Positions 58,182 through 64,000 of a stretch of 64,000 nucleotides of DNA are shown here, in pieces. Position 1 is the stretch's first letter. Every line of letters begins with the position of its first letter. Under the pieces are notes generated by a model. The model saw only the letters and a program-made list of their open reading frames with translations. It ran no database searches and was not told where the DNA came from. A program made the translations under genes and the position numbers. The stretch is from the IMG/VR virus record IMGVR_UViG_3300037560_000207, positions 96,001 to 160,000 of that record; one strand, given 5' to 3'. This stretch comes from a virus.

Positions 58182-59123
58182 ATGACAGAAGCAAAACCAC
58201 CAACCAGATTAGGCAAACAAGAACTTTATGATGCACTATCTGCTCTAGGTTATACTGAAGAACAATTATCAGATGATCAAGGTAAGAAACTCAAACGACC
58301 TATATTACTCGAAAAACTTCATGCTCATCAGCAGGGAGAGGAGGGGTTGGCTGTTCTTTCTGATGTAGAAGAAAATGATGATGATGTTGGTGTTGAAGTA
58401 AAGCCAGACATAAAAGAGAGTCAGAATAATGATTATGATGATGATGATGCTGAAGCTAAATATCCAGACGATTCTGATCCTGAAGAACTTGAAATTCCAA
58501 ATCAGAATGACCCTAAATGGACCCAATATGTTCTGGGACAATTCATGGAAGATGAAGTTGATGGTGTTAATCCAAGAGTTGAAGGGTTACGTCGCGTAGC
58601 AAATGAATTAGTAGGGGAACTTGTAGAGGAAGGTTGTGATTTAGTTAGTGCCCCTTCTCAAGAGAATAATTTTCGTGCATGTGTAAAAGCGTGGGGAATA
58701 TTTTTAACCGCCAACGGACATACCAAAAGATTCGAAGCCTTGGCAGATGCACATGCTGATAATTGTCACGAAGATTATGCTACTTATCTTGTAGCGATGG
58801 CAGATACACGCGCGAAAGGAAGAGTTTTCCGTAATGCGTTATATTTACGACGTGTTGTTTCTGCGGAGGAAGTCAGTAAAACAATGGCCATGACTGCTGA
58901 TATTCAAAAGGGTGGAGCAATACACACTTCGCAGATCAGTATGATTCGTTTAATCTCAGATAGACACAATTTTAATATTACGGAAGTCTTAGATGGCTTA
59001 GGTATTAAATATGAACTCAATGATTCTACAGGAGATGTTAATCTAAAATTATTATCATACGAAGACGCTTTAGCTGTATCTATTAAGATGAGAGAAATGA
59101 AAGAAGAACAGGAAAAGAAATAA
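58182..59123 (+). CDS. hypothetical protein, possibly Rad52-like ssDNA annealing protein
   Basis: Acidic N-terminus; PRVEGLRRV and A.A...N...Y..AMA.TRA.GR..R.AL motif. Confidence 0.45.
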   Translation: MTEAKPPTRLGKQELYDALSALGYTEEQLSDDQGKKLKRPILLEKLHAHQQGEEGLAVLSDVEENDDDVGVEVKPDIKESQNNDYDDDDAEAKYPDDSDPEELEIPNQNDPKWTQYVLGQFMEDEVDGVNPRVEGLRRVANELVGELVEEGCDLVSAPSQENNFRACVKAWGIFLTANGHTKRFEALADAHADNCHEDYATYLVAMADTRAKGRVFRNALYLRRVVSAEEVSKTMAMTADIQKGGAIHTSQISMIRLISDRHNFNITEVLDGLGIKYELNDSTGDVNLKLLSYEDALAVSIKMREMKEEQEKK

Positions 59124-59344
59124 TGTCAGAATTATACGAATTTCTTAAATCTCTTGATACAGAACCTATGGATATAGATACATTTTCTGAATGTGCTCAG
59201 AAAGATTTAGATCGTTTTGTCAAAAATATAAAGCATCTTAAAACTCTTAAAAATAAAAGTATATCATTATTCCGATGGTATATAATGTTTGGATATTGGA
59301 ATGAAAGTTTGAATTTTCTCCAGGAGGAAAATAATGGCAAATGA
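59123..59344 (+). CDS. hypothetical protein
   Basis: TAATG coupling. Confidence 0.5.
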   Translation: MSELYEFLKSLDTEPMDIDTFSECAQKDLDRFVKNIKHLKTLKNKSISLFRWYIMFGYWNESLNFLQEENNGK

Positions 59345-59819
59345 ATTTAGTAAAGCTTTAGTATTTTATAAAGCAAAAAAAGATGGGAATGGGGCAGCAA
59401 GCCAATGGTCTCTAAGTTCAGAGAAAAACTCAATATTTTTAGAAATGACAAATCAAAAAGGCAAAGATGAAAATAACAATGCTAGATTTGACTGGGAAAA
59501 TAAAATCAGATTCAAACTCGATGAAACTGATATTGGTGAAATTTTAGCTGTTCTAATGAATCTTCAGAATGGAATCGGCCCGTTTGACACAGACAAAAAG
59601 AAGCATAAGGGACTCTTTCATTCGAACCCAAAAGGAAATGCTATTCTATATTTTGGAAGAGATGCAACAATGGAGGAACATGGGAGATTTCATGTATATT
59701 TAAGCGTTAAAAGAGGGGACGACCAAACTGTAGTACGACACACCATTAGTAAAGGAGAAGCATGTATTTTGAGCACTCTTCTTCGTCGGGCTATTGAGGT
59801 GATGTATCGGTGGGGTTAA
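59334..59819 (+). CDS. putative Whirly-like ssDNA-binding protein
   Basis: FYKAK..., FDWENKI.FKL.ETDIGEI resembles the Whirly YDW.RKQ.FSLS.TEIG motif; AGGAGG SD. Confidence 0.45.
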   Translation: MANEFSKALVFYKAKKDGNGAASQWSLSSEKNSIFLEMTNQKGKDENNNARFDWENKIRFKLDETDIGEILAVLMNLQNGIGPFDTDKKKHKGLFHSNPKGNAILYFGRDATMEEHGRFHVYLSVKRGDDQTVVRHTISKGEACILSTLLRRAIEVMYRWG

Positions 59820-60172
59820 TTAAGATTTGATCTTTTTTTAAAGTCTTCTTCCATACGTTCCATAATTGCCTTAAGCACTTGAACATCAGTAGATAAATCG
59901 CTAACAGTAGTTGTAAGTTCTCTTATACTTTCTTGCAAATGGGTTATTTGGACTGTTATTATATCTACATAACGATCCATCTCTTTTTGTATTGATACTT
60001 CATGTTGTATATCATCAGCTTTCATAACTGCAATTGCAGCAGTATGTATATCTAAAGCACCTTTAATACGTTGCTGTTCAGCACCCATAGAAAAAGCTGT
60101 ACCGGCAATTCCACCGGTTGCTCCTAAAATTAAACCAATTACGCAATAAAATGTGCTTTGTTTTTTTGTCAT
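59816..60172 (-). CDS. membrane-anchored coiled-coil hypothetical protein
   Basis: N-terminal TM segment followed by heptads; shares TTAA stops with the convergent gene. Confidence 0.65.
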   Translation of the reverse strand: MTKKQSTFYCVIGLILGATGGIAGTAFSMGAEQQRIKGALDIHTAAIAVMKADDIQHEVSIQKEMDRYVDIITVQITHLQESIRELTTTVSDLSTDVQVLKAIMERMEEDFKKRSNLN

Positions 60173-60173
60173 T

Positions 60174-60491
60174 CTATTTTCCTAATTCCACACATTCTAG
60201 CAAATCTCTTTGCCAATTATCTCGGGTAATAATCAAAAATTTCAACCCATGTTGTTGGTAAAATTCCTTTTTTCTCTCTAATTTCGTATCCGCACGAACT
60301 TCCATCAAGCCGTCATATTCAACCCATAGCTCATATTCGGGTAGATAGAAATCTGATACACTGCGACTCGGTTTCGGCAGATGTTTATGTGATTCATATT
60401 CAATATCGTTAGCCAGAAGCCAATCAGCTACTTTTGCTTCAGATCGGGAATCATAAATTTCGCCATCTAATCCTATTGTTTTTTGCCACAT
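60174..60491 (-). CDS. PD-(D/E)XK-like nuclease
   Basis: DS..E..VA.WL...I.YE, DFYLP....WVEY.G; AGGTGA SD. Confidence 0.65.
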   Translation of the reverse strand: MWQKTIGLDGEIYDSRSEAKVADWLLANDIEYESHKHLPKPSRSVSDFYLPEYELWVEYDGLMEVRADTKLERKKEFYQQHGLKFLIITRDNWQRDLLECVELGK

Positions 60492-61207
60492 AGATCACCT
60501 AAAAGTAAAGCAACAAAATGATTGACATAACTATCTTCATGACCTATTGTTTTATGATGACATTTATTACACAATGTGATTCCATTATTAACATCAAAAA
60601 CTTTATCAGGATATTTAGCTTTCATATAAATATGATGAGCGGCTATTGGACATTTTGTTTTATCGCATAATCTACAAGTATTCTTATCTCGTCGAAATAC
60701 TGATTTTTGCCAATAGAGATATTCTGGTGTTTTATATAATTGTTGATTTTCTGGTGTTATAAAACCCTTCCACTGTTTAATAGAGATGCCTTGGAGCATA
60801 GCACTTCTATTTTTCTGAAATTCGCCGGTTTTACACATTTCTCTAACTTTAGCATGAGCTTTCGACACCGTTCCGTGTTGTTTTTCTCGTTGGATTGCCG
60901 CTTGTGAATAGCTTTTAGTTTTTCCTCCATTTGCCAGAATCTTAGCTCTGATAGTCATGGCCGCTACTCCATATTTGTCAGCTAATGAAAATAAAGTATG
61001 ACCAGATTCGTATTCTTTTATTACTTGATCCATATTGTCTATGGTCTTAAGTCCAACGGCAGGTCTTGATTGAAAACTCTTTTTAATTCCACAACTTTTA
61101 CATCTCGGCCTTAATCTTTTCTGCCTAGAATATCTTATCATTCCACATTCTATACAGATGTTAATTATGCGGCCATCATTAGTACGTAATATTGGTTTTC
61201 TTTTCAT
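60473..61207 (-). CDS. HNH endonuclease with N-terminal Zn finger/HTH
   Basis: W...VF.RD..TC..C, AHHI, D..NGITLC..CH. Confidence 0.8.
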   Translation of the reverse strand: MKRKPILRTNDGRIINICIECGMIRYSRQKRLRPRCKSCGIKKSFQSRPAVGLKTIDNMDQVIKEYESGHTLFSLADKYGVAAMTIRAKILANGGKTKSYSQAAIQREKQHGTVSKAHAKVREMCKTGEFQKNRSAMLQGISIKQWKGFITPENQQLYKTPEYLYWQKSVFRRDKNTCRLCDKTKCPIAAHHIYMKAKYPDKVFDVNNGITLCNKCHHKTIGHEDSYVNHFVALLLGDLCGKKQ

Positions 61208-61217
61208 TTACTACCTT

Positions 61218-61246
61218 ATTATACGTCAAACTCTTCTATCTGTTCG
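61218..61246 (-). promoter_or_regulatory. class-1 (ECF-like) promoter
   Basis: CGAAC-N16-CGTATAAT on the minus strand upstream of ATG 61207. Confidence 0.6.
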
Positions 61247-61336
61247 ACAAAAACTTTTTTAATTTCCCAAAAATAAAGGGGGCTATGATCGTCGGTCAAT
61301 CAACACCCCCTCGTTTAATCAATAGTGAGATTTCGT

Positions 61337-61978
61337 TTACAAGTATTCCAACTGCACATAGAGTCCGAAGCTCTCTTTGCTACCAATACTCAATGGAGTT
61401 GCCGAAATACAAGTATACCAGTCGTGTCGTGTATCTTCAGTTGATGTACCAGATGGACTTAGACCACCACTACCTGCACTATACAGTAACGCCACTACAA
61501 CACCGGAACCAGATGGTGCGACCCATCCAGGATGACTTGCTGGTGCCAATGCAGTACCGCTAGAACTAACGCCAGAACCACCATTACATACTTGAAGTAC
61601 TTGAGTTGTAACACCTGTAGCACCATTCGTAATAACTAAACGATCGAAAATACGAAGTTCACAATTCTGAGTTTTAACGGCTGGAGTAAACGTAAAACGA
61701 ATATTCAATGTTCCAGAGTTGATTACTACTGCTGATGGTACAACTACTGCTTCACCATCAATGATTACACCAGATGTCCCAGTATCATATTTACAGTTTG
61801 TAGCTTGTGGACCCGCTGGAGCACTACCATCACTCGCACTGATGTAGGTACTATCTTGATACTCCCCGACTTGAACCGAAGTTCCAAAAGATGCACCGAA
61901 AAAGCCTAATCCTGATGCATTAAGATCAACCCATACACCCGCTCCCTGCCCCGCGTAAAAATCAATTGCTGCTGCCAT
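61337..61978 (-). CDS. probable virion structural protein (paralog of 62902-63537)
   Basis: G/S/T/A-rich beta-type sequence; shared SGLGFFG, NIRFT and RHDWY...TP...G.K.FG...LEYL. Confidence 0.6.
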   Translation of the reverse strand: MAAAIDFYAGQGAGVWVDLNASGLGFFGASFGTSVQVGEYQDSTYISASDGSAPAGPQATNCKYDTGTSGVIIDGEAVVVPSAVVINSGTLNIRFTFTPAVKTQNCELRIFDRLVITNGATGVTTQVLQVCNGGSGVSSSGTALAPASHPGWVAPSGSGVVVALLYSAGSGGLSPSGTSTEDTRHDWYTCISATPLSIGSKESFGLYVQLEYL

Positions 61979-62025
61979 ATCTCTCACCCCCTTTCATTTT
62001 TTTAAAAACTGACTTTGTCTATTAT

Positions 62026-62035
62026 ATTATACACC
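62026..62035 (-). promoter_or_regulatory. class-2 promoter motif GGTGTATAAT
   Basis: Upstream of the structural paralog. Confidence 0.55.
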
Positions 62036-62821
62036 ATTTCCCTTATTTTTGTGGGCGCAAATACCACCCAACAAATATTTACTCATATTACAATTATGAC
62101 AGAGTATCTGTAAATCATCTGGAAAATTGTTATTTATTATCCATTGATTAAAATTAGCACCTCTTTTTTTGAGTTTTTTACGATGTTTATTGCCACCTCC
62201 ATTTATATGATCAATAGCTAAGAACGATCTTTCTTGCTCACTACAACAAGCACATTTGCCGCCATAGTATTGAATTATTTTATCTCTTAATAATGTTTGT
62301 TTTTCATTATAGAGTTGACGATAATCGGATGAAACATACCATTTCATATTTTTGTATATACAGATAATACATTTAGTTTTATTTTTGGATAATAATCCTT
62401 TTCCGCATACTCCACATAATCCATTAGCGATTTTTTGTTTACGCGATAATATGTCTCTATCTCCATATCTCTTAGAACATTTATTACAATAATTTTTAGA
62501 TGTTAAATTAGATCGCCCACAAGCCATACAAAGTCCGAATTTTTTTCTATCTATTGATGGTATCCATATATCATCCCTTTTATGATTAGGAGCACTTTTC
62601 TCTAAACATTTATTACAAATCTTACGATTATTACAAAATTCTTGACCACAAAGAGGACATAACCCCTTATTTCTTCGTCTGGCGATTACAGCTTGTTGAT
62701 TTTTATTAGCCTTTTGCAAATGATATAAACATAATGTTTTATTAAATTGTGTGGCTTTACCGCATAATGTACAAAGATTTTTATTTTTTCTCTCTCGGTA
62801 TAATTCTTTACTTACAGACAT
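62027..62821 (-). CDS. HNH-like endonuclease with four tandem Cys4 Zn fingers
   Basis: 4x (N/G)LC..CG..C..(C/H); YGGKC.CC.E....L.IDHI.GGG..H, LQ.LC.NCN..K. Confidence 0.75.
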   Translation of the reverse strand: MSVSKELYRERKNKNLCTLCGKATQFNKTLCLYHLQKANKNQQAVIARRRNKGLCPLCGQEFCNNRKICNKCLEKSAPNHKRDDIWIPSIDRKKFGLCMACGRSNLTSKNYCNKCSKRYGDRDILSRKQKIANGLCGVCGKGLLSKNKTKCIICIYKNMKWYVSSDYRQLYNEKQTLLRDKIIQYYGGKCACCSEQERSFLAIDHINGGGNKHRKKLKKRGANFNQWIINNNFPDDLQILCHNCNMSKYLLGGICAHKNKGNGV

Positions 62822-62872
62822 TAAAATCTCCTTTTGGCAATAAACCCTTTAGAATAATGTTTCTTCTAATAA

Positions 62873-62882
62873 TTTATACACC
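62873..62882 (-). promoter_or_regulatory. class-2 promoter motif GGTGTATAAA
   Basis: Intergenic, upstream of ATG 62821. Confidence 0.5.
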
Positions 62883-62901
62883 AAAAGGAAAAATATTATC
62901 C

Positions 62902-63537
62902 CTATAAATATTCGAGTTCGTAGGTCATCCCAAAGCTCTTATCACCAAGCTGGGTTGGAGTACAGGTCAAAGCAACATACCAATCGTGTCGAGCACTAAG
63001 TTCTTCAAAGCCACCTTCTCTTGCACCATTCAATCCCGGAGAATTCACCACAGCAATGTAATTAGAACCAGATGCACTTACGTCTGACCAAGATGCATCA
63101 CTATAAGCACTTTCAACTGTTTGTAAACGACTTCTATGGCGTATTTCAGCAACATAGAATGTTAAATTTTCAGCAGGTTTGTTTTTATTGGCTAAAGAAC
63201 CGGTAAAACTTCCATCAAAAACCCACAATTTAGCAAATTGACAGTATATAGCAGAACCATGAGTAAATCGAATATTAATTGTGGCCAATTCATTTGGCAA
63301 ATTTTTTAAAGCAATACCAGAACTTTCTTGTCCATGAATAACCCCAGATGCTCCATTATATTTATTATTATTACATTCGAAACTTTGAATAGTACCACTT
63401 GCATTTGTCACAAATGTATGACCATTATAACTGCCAATAGATATAGCAGCACCAAAACCATCATCCCCAAAAAAGCCCAAACCAGAGCTTGTAGGAACAA
63501 GGGTATCTTCACCAGCATATAGTTCTAACATTGCCAT
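62902..63537 (-). CDS. probable virion structural protein (paralog of 61337-61978)
   Basis: Shares the motifs listed for its paralog; AAGGAG SD. Confidence 0.6.
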   Translation of the reverse strand: MAMLELYAGEDTLVPTSSGLGFFGDDGFGAAISIGSYNGHTFVTNASGTIQSFECNNNKYNGASGVIHGQESSGIALKNLPNELATINIRFTHGSAIYCQFAKLWVFDGSFTGSLANKNKPAENLTFYVAEIRHRSRLQTVESAYSDASWSDVSASGSNYIAVVNSPGLNGAREGGFEELSARHDWYVALTCTPTQLGDKSFGMTYELEYL

Positions 63538-63563
63538 CGATTTTTCTCCTTTCGTTTCTTTAT

Positions 63564-63573
63564 ATTATACACA
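63564..63573 (-). promoter_or_regulatory. class-2 promoter motif TGTGTATAAT
   Basis: Upstream of the structural paralog. Confidence 0.55.
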
Positions 63574-63577
63574 TATA

Positions 63578-64000
63578 TTATGGTAGTGACCAAATATAAC
63601 GCCTTAATTCCTCTAATCTTTGTGTCGGTGGATTTTTAATTTCAAAATGATGAGAAATTGGTTCGATACGATCATCTGATATGGAAACGGTTATATCCGC
63701 TTCAAGATCATCAACAAAAACTTTATTATCTGATAATTGCAAAGCATCTCTTTGATTTAAATTTTGTACAATAAATCTAGCTCTAACACAATTACAACCT
63801 GGTTTTAAATCCAAAACAGAATTTAATTGAAATGTTGTTTTTTCTTCCCAATTTGGGGGTTGTCCATAATAACCATAAAAACTTACATCTCCTCCATAAT
63901 CTATAAATGGTCCATCTCTCCAATACCAAAATCCTGTTTTTTCATTAAATAGATTAACTCTTTCCGTTGTTCTTTTACTGAATGGTGCAGTTGGATTTCC
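63578..64000 (-). CDS. 3' end of a CDS running in from beyond the window
   Basis: Frame is open from 64000 (GNPTAPFSKRTT...) to the stop at 63578-63580. Confidence 0.6.
   Translation of the reverse strand, partial: GNPTAPFSKRTTERVNLFNEKTGFWYWRDGPFIDYGGDVSFYGYYGQPPNWEEKTTFQLNSVLDLKPGCNCVRARFIVQNLNQRDALQLSDNKVFVDDLEADITVSISDDRIEPISHHFEIKNPPTQRLEELRRYIWSLP

Noticed and set aside
30-63522. Numerous antisense or out-of-frame ORFs in the track (e.g. 2597-3052 -, 7298-7693 -, 21576-21854 -, 61192-61563 +)
   Set aside because: They overlap well-supported genes on the other strand or frame and lack SD sites and motifs
1-64000. tRNA, rRNA or CRISPR arrays
   Set aside because: No cloverleaf with a T-loop in any intergenic gap and no regularly spaced direct repeats; the GTTCGA hits are in coding DNA or a promoter
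1-64000. Alternative genetic code (stop-codon reassignment)
   Set aside because: Conserved genes are intact under code 11, and TAG, TGA and TAA all end genes

Overview
AT-rich (roughly one-third GC), densely packed segment of a large tailed-phage genome, read in the standard genetic code. No tRNA, rRNA or CRISPR array was seen. About 1-15.5 kb (+ strand) holds small accessory ORFs: a Lar-like protein, dispersed DUF1257/DUF2997-type genes, a stand-alone BRCT, an HNH-IMPDH/GMPR fusion, a histone-fold-like protein, tandem def+map, an orphan BrxL-like AAA+ and thyX. About 15.6-60 kb (+ strand) is a replication and nucleotide-metabolism region: Xer recombinase, clpP, two sigma-70-like factors, intein-containing nrdJ, rnhA, recA, dCMP deaminase, dnaB, dnaG and ssb. 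DnaE is split into two genes with a 5-kb glycosyltransferase/methyltransferase cassette between them, and a second glycosyltransferase cluster lies at 51.4-58.2 kb. At 59.8 kb the strand switches to a minus-strand block of HNH genes and paralogous probable virion proteins. One HNH-like homing-endonuclease family occurs at 8 sites: 6 intact, 1 frameshifted and 1 internally deleted scar. Two distinct promoter motifs recur in intergenic gaps. All family assignments come from motifs read by eye, without database searches.
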